From Candidatus Latescibacterota bacterium (GTDB lineage Bacteria; Latescibacterota; UBA2968; UBA8231), in assembly GCA_965208105.1 (NCBI GenBank), contig OZ242318.1:1248001-1312000 (forward strand): a stretch of DNA of 64,000 bases, read 5' to 3'. The notes under the pieces are model-generated. The model was not told the origin of the DNA. It saw only the letters and a list, made by a program, of their open reading frames with translations, and made no database searches. Positions 38,136 through 50,556 of this stretch are shown one piece after another (position 1 is the first letter of the stretch; each line of letters starts with the position of its first letter). The position numbers and the translations under genes are program-made.

Positions 38136-39548
38136 TCAGTCTCTTCCGGGGACGTAGAGGTGGGTGCCGGCCCCATAGAACAGCTCGGCGGCTTCCATGG
38201 CGGTCTCCGAAAGGGTGGGATGCGGATGAATGCTCATCTTCAGATCGGAAGCCAGCGCGGCCATCTCCACGGCCAGAACGCCCTCGGCTATCAACTCCCC
38301 GGCGCCGACACCGGCGATGCCGACCCCCAGGATGCGTTCGGTGCCGGGGTCGATCAGGAGTTTGGTCATGCCCTCGTTGCGGTCCAGGGTGGTTGCCCGG
38401 CCCGAGGCCGCCCAGGGGAATCGCACGACTTTGACGGGGCGCTTTTCGGCCTCGGCCTCGATTTCGGTGAGTCCGCACCAGGCCACCTCCGGATCGGTGT
38501 AGACGACGTTGGGAATGGCGTTCGGCTCGAAGGCCGCCCTGTGGCCCGCAATAACCTCCACCGCGAGGGCGCCTTCGTGAGAGGCGGTGTGGGCGAGGCC
38601 CGACCCGATGACGTCGCCGATGGCGAAGATGTTGGGCTCGGCGCTGCGGCGTTGGGCGTCTACCTGTATGTAGCCGTGTCGGTCCAGCTCTACCCGGGTG
38701 TTTTCCAGGCCGAGGTCAGCGGAGTTGGGGGTGCGGCCTGCGGCCACCAGTATCTTCTCAAAGGTCGCTTCAGATGCCTTTCCCGCTGCATCCTCGAAGC
38801 CGACCGAGATCCCTTTTTCGACCTCGCTGGCGGCGACCACCCTGGTCTCGAGCAAAATGCGCTCGAATGCCGTCTTCAGACGCGAGGCCAGGGGCCTCAC
38901 CAGGTCGCGGTCGGCTGCGGGTATCAGGCCCGGCAGCATTTCCACCACCGTGACCCTGGTCCCCAGGGCGGCATATACGGTCCCTAGCTCGAGTCCCACG
39001 ATGCCGCCACCCACAACCAGCATGGTCCGGGGAATATCGCTCAGATCAAGGGCGCCGGTGGAGTCCAGAACCCGGTCGTTGTCGATGGTCAATGGGGGCA
39101 CGGCGGCCGGACGCGACCCTGTAGCCAGGATTCCGTAGTCGAAGGCAAGATCCTCCACGCCCCCCGCCATCCTGTCGATTCGCAGATTGCCGGAATCGAG
39201 GAAGCGGGCGCTGCCCTGCACATAGTGGATTCCGCGCGCATCGACCAGCTGGGTCAGGCCGCCGGCCATCTTGCCTACCACCCGGTCCTTCCAGGCGTTG
39301 AGTTGCCCCAGGTCGATTTTCGGCTTGGAGAAACTGACCCCCCAGCTCTCGGCTTCCCTGACTTCGTTGAGGAGCCTGGCAACGTGGAGCAGGGCCTTGG
39401 AAGGGATGCAACCGCGGTAGAGGCAGGTGCCGCCCGGGTTGGCATCCGGGTCTATCAGGGTCAGGTCCATGCCGAGGTCGGCGGCCTTGAAGGCAGCGAC
39501 GTAACCTCCGGGACCGGCACCGACCACTGCTATCCTGGTCTTTTTCAT
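38136..39548 (-). CDS. lpdA: Dihydrolipoyl dehydrogenase (E3)
   Basis: GAGPGGY, GGTCLYRGCIPSK, ATGS, GGGIVGLE, HPHPTLSE. Confidence 0.95.
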   Translation of the reverse strand: MKKTRIAVVGAGPGGYVAAFKAADLGMDLTLIDPDANPGGTCLYRGCIPSKALLHVARLLNEVREAESWGVSFSKPKIDLGQLNAWKDRVVGKMAGGLTQLVDARGIHYVQGSARFLDSGNLRIDRMAGGVEDLAFDYGILATGSRPAAVPPLTIDNDRVLDSTGALDLSDIPRTMLVVGGGIVGLELGTVYAALGTRVTVVEMLPGLIPAADRDLVRPLASRLKTAFERILLETRVVAASEVEKGISVGFEDAAGKASEATFEKILVAAGRTPNSADLGLENTRVELDRHGYIQVDAQRRSAEPNIFAIGDVIGSGLAHTASHEGALAVEVIAGHRAAFEPNAIPNVVYTDPEVAWCGLTEIEAEAEKRPVKVVRFPWAASGRATTLDRNEGMTKLLIDPGTERILGVGIAGVGAGELIAEGVLAVEMAALASDLKMSIHPHPTLSETAMEAAELFYGAGTHLYVPGRD

Positions 39549-40849
39549 CCTTCGAGGAGGAGCAGGAAGGGGTTCTCCAGGGCCTGGGCAATCCATCGCA
39601 GAAAGCGGGCCCCGTCAGCTCCGTCGATCTGGCGATGGTCATAGGAAAGGGCGAGCGGCATCATCAGGCGCGGCTTGAACTCCCCCTCGGAGAACACGGG
39701 CTCCATGGCGCCGCGGGCAACCCCGAGGATGGCGACCTGCGGAGGGTTGACGATGGGCGCAAAGGCAGTGCCGCCGATTCCACCCAGGTTGCTGACGGTG
39801 AAGCAGCCGCCCTGCATTTCCTCCCGAGTGATCTTGCCGCTGCGCGCCTGCTCGGCCGTCCGGCTCAGTTCGACTGCGAGTTCCACGATGTTCTTCTTGT
39901 CCACGTCGCGGACGACCGGCACCAGGAGGCCGCGATCGGTGTCCACCGCTACGCCGACGTGGTAGTATTGTTTGAAAACCACCTCTTTGCCGGCCATGTC
40001 GATACTTGTATTGAACTGGGGAAAAACCTTGAGGGCGGCAGCCGCAACCTTCAGGACGACGGCGGTCACGGTCAACTTTGCCCCGGAGGCCGCGGCCTTT
40101 TCCGCGAATTCCCGGCGCCAGCGCTCCAGATCGGTGATGTCCGCCTTGTCGAATTGGGTTACGTGGGGGATGGTGGCCCAGGCATGGCTCAGGCGCTCTG
40201 CGGTCGTGCGGCGCACGTTGCTCATGGGCCGGCGCTCGACGGGTCCCCACTGGCTGAAATCGGGCAGGGGGGCTGCAGTCACCCCGGGGGGGGCTCCAAC
40301 CTGTTGGACCGAACCCTCGGCGTTGAGCTTGCGGGAGAAGGCCTTGACATCCTCCTGGGAGATGCGGCCTCCAGGCCCCGATCCGGAGACCTGGGCGATA
40401 TCCACGCCGATCTCCCTTGCCAGACGCCGCACCGAAGGGGCTGCCGGGACCGATTTGCCCTGAGCGGACAGGGTGATGGTCGCTGCCGCAGCCGGCGGCT
40501 CCGGTTGGCTCTCCGCGGCCGGGGGCTCCGGTGGTCTCTCCGCCGGCGGCTGCCCGGCCGGTTCCGTCGCGGCCTCCATCGGCTCCGACTCGCTCTCGGG
40601 GGCGGGAACGGAGTCGGTATCGACGGTGAGAATGGCCTGTCCGACGCTCGCCCTTCCCCCTTCCTTGACCAGGATCTCCTTGATTGTTCCGCTGACGGAG
40701 GAGGGGATCTCGATTACAGCCTTGTCGGTCTCGAGCTCAATGACCGGCTGATCGGTGGCCAGGACATCCCCTTCCTTGACGAGGACGCTGATGACGTCGC
40801 CGCCCTCGATGTTTTCCCCCAGATCGGGCAACTGGAATTCAGTCGGCAT
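39545..40849 (-). CDS. aceF: Dihydrolipoamide acetyltransferase (E2), single lipoyl domain
   Basis: Lipoyl lysine in ETDKA, PSBD motif PSVRRLARE...GSGPGGRI, catalytic DHRQIDG. Confidence 0.92.
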   Translation of the reverse strand: MPTEFQLPDLGENIEGGDVISVLVKEGDVLATDQPVIELETDKAVIEIPSSVSGTIKEILVKEGGRASVGQAILTVDTDSVPAPESESEPMEAATEPAGQPPAERPPEPPAAESQPEPPAAAATITLSAQGKSVPAAPSVRRLAREIGVDIAQVSGSGPGGRISQEDVKAFSRKLNAEGSVQQVGAPPGVTAAPLPDFSQWGPVERRPMSNVRRTTAERLSHAWATIPHVTQFDKADITDLERWRREFAEKAAASGAKLTVTAVVLKVAAAALKVFPQFNTSIDMAGKEVVFKQYYHVGVAVDTDRGLLVPVVRDVDKKNIVELAVELSRTAEQARSGKITREEMQGGCFTVSNLGGIGGTAFAPIVNPPQVAILGVARGAMEPVFSEGEFKPRLMMPLALSYDHRQIDGADGARFLRWIAQALENPFLLLLEG

Positions 40850-40899
40850 AGGGAGATCCTGGCATCAGGTTACAGGATGAAGGTTGCGCGCTGACCGGT

Positions 40900-43584
<2,685 letters not shown>

Positions 43585-43678
43585 TTTTCCGCCGCGCTTC
43601 CCTTAGTTCAAAATGCCTTGTTGGATGTCTACACAATCGCTTTCGCAGGGGTAGACAGAATCCTCGATCAGGAAACTA

Positions 43679-43707
43679 AATATAGTAAAGACAGTCTCTA
43701 AGAGCAA
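43679..43707 (-). promoter_or_regulatory. Sigma70-type promoter for the PDH operon
   Basis: The minus strand reads TTGCTC-17 bp-TATATT. Confidence 0.5.
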
Positions 43708-43864
43708 AAACACGGAGGCGGGAAATGGGTGGAATAACGCCTGATCGGAGAGGGTCGGGAGGCGGTCTATCCCGTCCTGCTCCCCTGGCGGAGCCGCGCC
43801 GGTCCAATCCGGATTCCCGGTGCAGGCCGGAGGCGAACGCCGCCGCCGAACCGGGGCGGGAATC

Positions 43865-45400
43865 CTATTTGTAGCGCTTCATTTCTCCGCGCTGCAACCT
43901 TCCCCAATACTCTTGCAGGCAGGCCTTTATCTGCGGGCTGAGGATGACGCCGCCAATGATGTTGGGAAAGGCCATGCTCAAAATGAGCATATCGGTAAAG
44001 TCGAGCACGTTTTTGAGCGTGACGACCGAGCCGAAGACGACGAAGACGACGAAAATGACCCGGAAGATCAGGTTGAAGCGACTGCCAAATAGATATTCCC
44101 ACGCCCGCTCCCCGTAGTACGACCACGAGATCATGGTCGAGTAGGCAAAGAGCATGACGCCAATGGCGAGGACGTAGCGGGCGCCGGGCAGGAACGAATC
44201 AAAAGCAGCCGAGGTCATTTTGGCCCCCACGACAAAGCCCTCACTCGCTTGGAACTGAGGATCGGTGTACACCCCGGTAATCATGCAGACCAAAGCGGTC
44301 ATCAAGCAGATCACGATCGTATCGATGAAGGGACCGATCATCGCGACCATGCCCTCGCGCGCCGGCTCGTTGGTCTTGGCGGCGGCATGAGCAAAAGCCG
44401 CGGAGCCAAGGCCGGCCTCATTGGAAAAGGCCGCGCGCTTGACGCCGACGATCAGGACGCCCAAAAAGCCGCCGTACAGGGCCTGGGGCGAGAAGGCTTC
44501 GCGGAAAATGGTCGCGATCATGGCGGGCACATCGCCGATGTGCGACAGAATGATGATGAGGGAGGCGGCCACGTAGAGCAGGCACATGAAGGGCACGATC
44601 CGCGAAGTGACGCGGCCGATCCGCTTGATGCCGCCGATGATGACCAAGGCGACCAACGAGGCGAAGATGAGGCCTAAGGCCCAGTTGTATTCCCCTACAG
44701 CCGGGGATACGGTGGTGAGGATCTCAACCGTTTGGTTGACTTGGAACATATTACCACCGCCGAGGGAGCCACCGATGGTGAAAATGGCGAACAAAATGGC
44801 GAAGACGCGGCCCAACGACTTGAGTCCTTTACCGGCAAGCCCGTGCTCCAGGTAGTACATCGGCCCGCCGGAGATGCGGCCGTCGGGGTGAATTTTGCGG
44901 TACATGACAGCTAGAGTACAAGAGGCGAGCTTGGAGGACATGCCGAACAAGGCGGTCAGAAGCATCCAGAAGACCGCACCCGGCCCGCCCAAGCTGACGG
45001 CAATGGCGACGCCGGCGATGTTACCGAGGCCGATGGTAGCCGACAGGGCGCTGGTGAGGGCCTGGAAATGGGAGATCTCGCCCGGATCGTTGGGATCGTC
45101 GTAGCGACCGCGGATGACGTCGATGGAATGGCGGATACCGCGCAGGGAGATCCAGCCGAAATAGAACGAATAGTAGATGCCGCCTAGGACGAGCACCCAG
45201 ATGATGAGGGGAATTTTCGTCCCCAGGTCGGCGAAGAGAACACCAGCCATCGCCGAGACGATGGAGCCGAACGCGGCATCCAAGTTGGCGATGGCCGCCT
45301 GAATCCAGTTTCCCTCAGCCGGGGAATCCTGTGCCAGAGAGGGAACGGCGATGCCCAGCATTGCCGCGATGGCCAGATACAGCTGTGAAATGCGCGTCAC
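43865..45400 (-). CDS. Alanine/glycine:cation symporter (AGCS family) with N-terminal signal-like extension
   Basis: SHFQAL..ALSATIGLGNIAGVA, GGPGAVFWM, GGPMYY, FSNEAGLGSA, PFIDTIVIC, SWSYYGE. GTG start after CAGGAGG. Confidence 0.92.
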   Translation of the reverse strand: MTRISQLYLAIAAMLGIAVPSLAQDSPAEGNWIQAAIANLDAAFGSIVSAMAGVLFADLGTKIPLIIWVLVLGGIYYSFYFGWISLRGIRHSIDVIRGRYDDPNDPGEISHFQALTSALSATIGLGNIAGVAIAVSLGGPGAVFWMLLTALFGMSSKLASCTLAVMYRKIHPDGRISGGPMYYLEHGLAGKGLKSLGRVFAILFAIFTIGGSLGGGNMFQVNQTVEILTTVSPAVGEYNWALGLIFASLVALVIIGGIKRIGRVTSRIVPFMCLLYVAASLIIILSHIGDVPAMIATIFREAFSPQALYGGFLGVLIVGVKRAAFSNEAGLGSAAFAHAAAKTNEPAREGMVAMIGPFIDTIVICLMTALVCMITGVYTDPQFQASEGFVVGAKMTSAAFDSFLPGARYVLAIGVMLFAYSTMISWSYYGERAWEYLFGSRFNLIFRVIFVVFVVFGSVVTLKNVLDFTDMLILSMAFPNIIGGVILSPQIKACLQEYWGRLQRGEMKRYK

Positions 45401-45437
45401 TGAATCCTCCTGCTGTTGAGGTGGTGGGATGGGATTC

Positions 45438-46334
45438 TCATCGGGGCGGACTGCGCAGAATTTTTTGCAATTTCTGATAACTGTCTCCGTCCATATGCAC
45501 CGTATGGTCGGCGGTGGGGAACAAGCCACTCTCCACCTCCCGCCGGTACGACTGGAAGATGGCGGCCAATTCTCCCCGCAGGGATGCGTAGGACTTGGCG
45601 ATGAGCAAGCTCTCGCTGTTCAGGCCCATCAGGTCGTTGACGATGAGAATCTGGCCGTCGCAGTAGCGACCTGAACCGATGCCGATCACGGGTATGGCCA
45701 GGTTCTCGCTGACGGCCTGGGCGGCCTCCTCGGTAACCATCTCGAGCACCAGGCTGAAGACCCCCGAATCCTCGAGGCGGCGTGCTTCGTCGAGCAATGA
45801 CTTGGCACCCAGCGGTCCCTTGCCGTGGAATTTCGGCACCGTGCCGCGGCGCTCGCTGTAGAGATAGAACCCGCGGGTGCTGGACTGGGGGGTAAAACCC
45901 AGGTGCCCCACCGTGGGAATGCCGGCCTGGGCGAGGGCTTCCACCTGGGGCAGGATGGCCGTTCCGCCCTCGATCTTGACACCTTCCGCCCCCCCCTCCT
46001 GAAGCAGACGGGCGGCGTTGTCCATGGCTCTTTCCACGGAAGGCTGGTAGGACATGAAGGGCAGGTCGGCAAGCAGGAAGGCGCGCTGGACACCGCGCCG
46101 CACCGCCCTGGTGTGGTGCAGCATGTCGTCCATGGTAACCTGCTGCGGGCTGGAATAGCCGAGGACGTTCGTGCCGAGGGAATCCCCGACGAGAATGAGG
46201 TCCACCCCCGCCTGATCCTCGAGCAGGGCGGTGGGATAATCGTAGGCGGTCAGGGCACTGATCTTGTGCCCTTTCTTTTTCCTGGCATGGAGGTTGGAGA
46301 TGGTGACTTTGGAGGCGGGCGAATCGGAGGACAT
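45438..46334 (-). CDS. panB: 3-methyl-2-oxobutanoate hydroxymethyltransferase
   Basis: LTAYD, ILVGDSLG, DLPFMSY, VKIEGG, HLGFTPQ, IGIGSG..CDGQILI. Confidence 0.9.
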   Translation of the reverse strand: MSSDSPASKVTISNLHARKKKGHKISALTAYDYPTALLEDQAGVDLILVGDSLGTNVLGYSSPQQVTMDDMLHHTRAVRRGVQRAFLLADLPFMSYQPSVERAMDNAARLLQEGGAEGVKIEGGTAILPQVEALAQAGIPTVGHLGFTPQSSTRGFYLYSERRGTVPKFHGKGPLGAKSLLDEARRLEDSGVFSLVLEMVTEEAAQAVSENLAIPVIGIGSGRYCDGQILIVNDLMGLNSESLLIAKSYASLRGELAAIFQSYRREVESGLFPTADHTVHMDGDSYQKLQKILRSPPR

Positions 46335-46376
46335 TGGGCCACTCGGGTAAAGACGAAGAGCCTTGTTTGTGTCTAT

Positions 46377-46405
46377 AGTATAGATTGGCCGGTTGTATCA
46401 AGCAA
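46377..46405 (-). promoter_or_regulatory. Sigma70-type promoter for panB
   Basis: The minus strand reads TTGCTT-17 bp-TATACT. Confidence 0.55.
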
Positions 46406-46419
46406 GCTTCCGAACCTTT

Positions 46420-46581
46420 GCGGCCCGTTGATAAAGTTGCTCTGCAGGCGAGGCCGAGGCATGGCGGTTGAAGGCAAGGCGTGCGGCCGAGGCGAATCGA
46501 GGGGATTCGGGGAGGGAGCGCAACGCCGTATTCGACCGCCAGGGCCGGCCGCAGCCCGGATGGACTTTTTCAACGGGCTGC
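46420..46581 (+). mobile_element. ~162-bp MITE-like inverted-repeat element, family B (single copy in window)
   Basis: Imperfect 18-bp TIRs GCGGCCCGTTGATAAAGT / ACTTTTTCAACGGGCTGC (16/18); inner stem TGGCGGTTGAA/TTCGACCGCCA; CAAGGCG...GCAACGCCGTA core shared with family A. Confidence 0.6.
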
Positions 46582-46762
46582 CGGCAGGGTTCGGGATCGG
46601 GCGGGCGGCGAGGCGCCGAAACCTCAGGGCAACCGACGCGCCGCGGAGGCAGGCCGGGCGGGACCAGGTCGGCGGGCAGGATTGACCGCGGCCTCCCGCG
46701 AAACCACTTTCAGGGCGCGGCGGCAGAAAGGGTGGGGTGAATCTCCTCTTCGGGTAGATACC

Positions 46763-47929
46763 GTGGCAGATAAATTCGATTTCGTCGAGGCGGAGTTGGC
46801 CCGGCGCAGGGACTCACATCAGCTGAGACGGCTGCGGGCGGTGACGCCTGTTTCCGGGGTTGAAGTCCGCGCGGAGGGACGCTCCCTGGTCAATTTCTGT
46901 TCGAACGACTACCTGGGACTGGCGTCTCATCCCCGGGTAAAGGCAGGAGCGGCGAGGTTCCTGGAGGCATACGGGGCGGGGGCGACGGCTTCGCGCCTGT
47001 CAGGTGGTTCGCATCCGGGTTTCGAGCGCGTGGAGGAGAGGCTCGCGCACCTCAAAGGGGTGGAAAAGTCCCTGGTGCTGAACTCGGGTTTCCAGGCGAA
47101 TGTCTCCCTCCTGCCGGCGTTGGCGGACCGGCATTCCCTGATCCTGGCAGACCACTCGAATCACCACAGCCTGATCCAGGGTGCCCTCGCAAGCATGGCC
47201 AGGGTGCAGCGCTACCGGCACGGAGACATCGAGCATTTGCGCCGCCTGCTCGACAGGAGCCGCGGGCGGGGGTTCTCCAGGGTTCTCATCGTCACCGAAT
47301 CGGTCTTCAGCATGGAAGGAGACCGGAGCGACGTGGATGAGCTGGTCCGACTGGCCACTGACTTCCAGGCACTGCTGATCGTTGACGAGGCCCATGCCAC
47401 CGGCGTGTTGGGACCCCGGGGAATGGGACTGACCTGCGGCAAGGCGGTGGACCTGGTCATCGGCACCTTCGGCAAGGCCTGCGGGGGTTTCGGCGCTTAC
47501 ATCGCCTGCAGCGGGCGCCTTCGAGAGTACATCGTCAATTGCTGTCCGGGTTTCGTCTACTCCACCGCTTTGCCACCCGCCGTGCTCGGCGCCGTGGACG
47601 CTGCCCTGGAGTTGGTGCCGCAGATGGAAAGGGAACGCGGGGAGCTGCACGAAAAGGCCGAATTCCTGCGCCGGTCCTTGAAAGAGTTAGGTTGGAGCAC
47701 CGGAAATTCCACCACCCAGATCGTTCCCCTGATCGTCGGAGAGGAGAAGGGAGCCATGGCCCTGTCGAGCTGGCTGGAAGAGCATGGCGTTCTGGCAACC
47801 GCCATCCGCCCGCCAACGGTTGAACGGGGAAAGGCGCGAATTCGCCTTGGCCTTTCGGCCCTGCACTCATGGGAGCACATCGAGCACCTTGTCGGCCTGT
47901 TCAGGAGGTGGCGTGAAGGAACCGGTTGA
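46763..47929 (+). CDS. bioF: 8-amino-7-oxononanoate synthase
   Basis: NFCSNDYLGL, GATASRL, SGFQAN, ESVFSMEGD, DEAHATG, PLP lysine in TFGKA, IRPPTV. Start approximate. Confidence 0.93.
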   Translation: MADKFDFVEAELARRRDSHQLRRLRAVTPVSGVEVRAEGRSLVNFCSNDYLGLASHPRVKAGAARFLEAYGAGATASRLSGGSHPGFERVEERLAHLKGVEKSLVLNSGFQANVSLLPALADRHSLILADHSNHHSLIQGALASMARVQRYRHGDIEHLRRLLDRSRGRGFSRVLIVTESVFSMEGDRSDVDELVRLATDFQALLIVDEAHATGVLGPRGMGLTCGKAVDLVIGTFGKACGGFGAYIACSGRLREYIVNCCPGFVYSTALPPAVLGAVDAALELVPQMERERGELHEKAEFLRRSLKELGWSTGNSTTQIVPLIVGEEKGAMALSSWLEEHGVLATAIRPPTVERGKARIRLGLSALHSWEHIEHLVGLFRRWREGTG

Positions 47930-48611
47930 AGTGGTCCTGCAGCACGGATGGGCCTGGGAGGCCGAATGCTGGTCCCCCTGGCGCGGGATCGTCCCGCGGA
48001 CCACCCGTCTTTCAGCGCTGGATCGAGGCTACTTCCAGCGCCCAGTGCAGGGTGGGGGCGCAAGGCCGCAGATCCTCGTGGCCCACTCCCTGGGCCTTCA
48101 TCTCCTGCCCCGCCACCTGTGGTCCACGACCGAGCTGCTGGTGGTCCTGGGCGGATTCCAGGCCTTTCACGCCGAGGCGGGACCGTCGGCCAGCAGATCC
48201 CGCCAGCTGGTTCGGCGGATGCTGCAGCGCCTGACCCGCGAGCCGGAAGCACTGCTCGAAGACTTCTACGCCAGGTGCTTCTCTCCCTCCCCCCAACGGC
48301 TGGAGGTGCCCGGGGTGCCGGACACCGGGTTGCTGCGAAAAGACCTGGAAATGCTGCACACGGAAAAACTTGATTTGCGGCGGATGGATTCCATCCCTCG
48401 CATCCTGTTGTTGCACGGCGGCTCGGACCTCGTCGTTCCCCCGCAGCGCAGCGAGGAGCTTCACCGCCGGCTGCGTCGCAGCTCGCTTGTCGTACTGGAA
48501 GATGCGGGACACGCCCTGCCCCTGACCCACGCGCGCGAATGCTGGAGGGCGATTGTGCGGGAATGGGCCGAAACCCGGCGGGACCCAGGCAGGGGGAAGG
48601 GCAGGCCGTGA
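47913..48611 (+). CDS. Alpha/beta hydrolase, probable pimeloyl-ACP methyl ester carboxylesterase (BioH/BioK-like)
   Basis: HGW oxyanion motif, nucleophile AHSLG, HGGSDLVV Asp and GHAL His; lies between bioF and bioD. Confidence 0.75.
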   Translation: MKEPVEVVLQHGWAWEAECWSPWRGIVPRTTRLSALDRGYFQRPVQGGGARPQILVAHSLGLHLLPRHLWSTTELLVVLGGFQAFHAEAGPSASRSRQLVRRMLQRLTREPEALLEDFYARCFSPSPQRLEVPGVPDTGLLRKDLEMLHTEKLDLRRMDSIPRILLLHGGSDLVVPPQRSEELHRRLRRSSLVVLEDAGHALPLTHARECWRAIVREWAETRRDPGRGKGRP

Positions 48612-49246
48612 ATTTCCACTTTCCTCCCGCCCTCTTCGTCACCGGAACGGATACCGGCGTGGGCAAGACGGTCGTCGCAGCCATTCTGACCGCGGGATTG
48701 GACGGGACCTACTGGAAACCGGTGCAGAGCGGACTGGAAGGGGTTACCGATACCGAACGGGTGCGGCAGATGACCGCAATGGGAGAGGTCCACTTCGCCC
48801 CGGAAACCTATCGCCTGCGCCATCCTCTCTCCCCCCATGCAGCGGCTGAGCTCGAAGGAGTGAGGATCGAGTTGGATCGCTTCCAACTTCCCGCGCACCC
48901 CTCTTCGACCCTGATCGTCGAGGGGGCAGGAGGCATCATGGTGCCTCTCAACCAGGAGCACACCATGCTGGACCTCATGAAGCGGTTGCGGCTGCCCGTA
49001 CTGCTCGTCGCGCGCACCGCGCTGGGCACCATCAATCACACCCTGCTATCCATCGAACAGCTGCGTCGCAGCGGGCTCGAAGTGCTGGGAGTGGTGATGA
49101 ACGGCCAGCGCAACCACAGCAACAGGCAGGCGATCGAGCACCACGGCCAGGTGCACGTCCTGGCCCAGATCGAGCCCGTGGAGAACATTCACCAACGGTC
49201 CCTGTCCTCCCTCTTTTCCATCTACTTCGGGGCTCGCCGCCAGTGA
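48608..49246 (+). CDS. bioD: Dethiobiotin synthase
   Basis: FVTGTDTGVGKT, YWKPVQSG, SPHAAA, VEGAGG, LGTINHTLL. Confidence 0.95.
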   Translation: MNFHFPPALFVTGTDTGVGKTVVAAILTAGLDGTYWKPVQSGLEGVTDTERVRQMTAMGEVHFAPETYRLRHPLSPHAAAELEGVRIELDRFQLPAHPSSTLIVEGAGGIMVPLNQEHTMLDLMKRLRLPVLLVARTALGTINHTLLSIEQLRRSGLEVLGVVMNGQRNHSNRQAIEHHGQVHVLAQIEPVENIHQRSLSSLFSIYFGARRQ

Positions 49247-50544
49247 ACCGGACAAGGCCAAACCGGGATTCACGCGTCTGGATGCCGTTCACTCAGATGA
49301 AAACCGCCCCCGAGCCTCCGGTCGTGAGCCGCGGCAAAGGGGTGATGCTGGAGCTGGAAGACGGCCGCGCGGTTATGGATTGCATCTCCAGCTGGTGGGT
49401 AACCCTTCACGGACACGGTGAACCGCGCATCGCCGCCGCCATCGGCTCCCAGGCAAGGCAACTGGAGCAGGTGATTGCAGCGGGGCTTACTCACCGTCCG
49501 GCGGAGTTGCTGGCGCGGCGTCTGCTGGAAAGATTGCCCCGGTCCCTGAATCGCGTCTTCTACTCGGACAACGGCTCGACCGCCGTGGAAGTCGCGCTGA
49601 AGATGGCTTTTCAGTTCTGGAAGAATCGCGGCGCAAGCCATCGGACCCGGTTTCTTTCCTTTGAAGGCGCCTATCACGGCGATACCCTCGGTGCGATGTC
49701 GGTGGGAAGCCGATCGGTGTTCACCAGTGCATTCGAAGAACTGCTCTTCGAGGCCGACTTCGTGCCCTTTGCCGCCACCCACGCGGGGGATGTGATGGCG
49801 GAGGAGAAGGAATCCAGGTCCTTGGAGCACCTCGAAAACCTGCTGCGGGAGAAGGGCGATCGCTACGGGGCCATGATAATGGAACCACTCGTCCAAGGAG
49901 CCGGAGGCATGCGCATGTGCCGGGGTCCGTACCTGTGCAAGCTGGAAACACTGCTTCGCGAACACGGGATCCTGACCATCGCGGATGAAGTGATGGTGGG
50001 CTTCGGACGCACCGGGGAGTGGTTTGCCAGCGACAGGGCCGGTACGTCCCCTGACATCGCGTGCCTCGCCAAGGGACTGACCGGTGGATTCCTGCCCCTG
50101 GCGGCGACCGCTTGCAGCGAAGAAATCTATCAGGCCTTCCGCGGCGAGGACCCGAACCTGGCCCTGTACCACGGGCATTCCTACACCGCCAATCCCCTGG
50201 GGTGCGCAGCCGCGCTCGAATCCTTGCAGCTGCTGGCCGAGACGGAGGAGCGCTTCCGGCGAATGGAAGGCTGGCACCTGCAGGGGATGCGGGAACTGGA
50301 AGGAAGTCCCCGGCTGCGGCATTTCAGGGTCTGCGGAACCATTGCCGCCGTGGATCTTGCGATAGATGGCGAGGAGGGCTATCTCCACCACGCCGCGCCG
50401 CTGCTCAGAGAGCGCTTCCTGGAAAGGGGGTTTCTGCTGCGGCCAATCGGAAACGCGATCTACATCCTGCCCCCCTATTGCATCGAACGCGAGCAGTTGG
50501 AGGCGGTCTACGGGTGCATTCGCGAGGTTGTCGAGGAACTGTGA
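49243..50544 (+). CDS. bioA: Adenosylmethionine-8-amino-7-oxononanoate aminotransferase
   Basis: WMPFTQ, SSWWVTLHG, DNGSTAVEVALK, YHGDT, DEV..GFGRTG, KGLTGG, HGHSYTAN. Confidence 0.95.
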   Translation: MNRTRPNRDSRVWMPFTQMKTAPEPPVVSRGKGVMLELEDGRAVMDCISSWWVTLHGHGEPRIAAAIGSQARQLEQVIAAGLTHRPAELLARRLLERLPRSLNRVFYSDNGSTAVEVALKMAFQFWKNRGASHRTRFLSFEGAYHGDTLGAMSVGSRSVFTSAFEELLFEADFVPFAATHAGDVMAEEKESRSLEHLENLLREKGDRYGAMIMEPLVQGAGGMRMCRGPYLCKLETLLREHGILTIADEVMVGFGRTGEWFASDRAGTSPDIACLAKGLTGGFLPLAATACSEEIYQAFRGEDPNLALYHGHSYTANPLGCAAALESLQLLAETEERFRRMEGWHLQGMRELEGSPRLRHFRVCGTIAAVDLAIDGEEGYLHHAAPLLRERFLERGFLLRPIGNAIYILPPYCIEREQLEAVYGCIREVVEEL

Positions 50545-50556
50545 AGCTCGACCGGG

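Noticed and set aside
43811-43865. GGATTCCCG/CGGGAATCC inverted repeat at the AGCS stop
   Set aside because: It has no U-tract and no second copy, so there is too little support to call it a terminator or mobile element.
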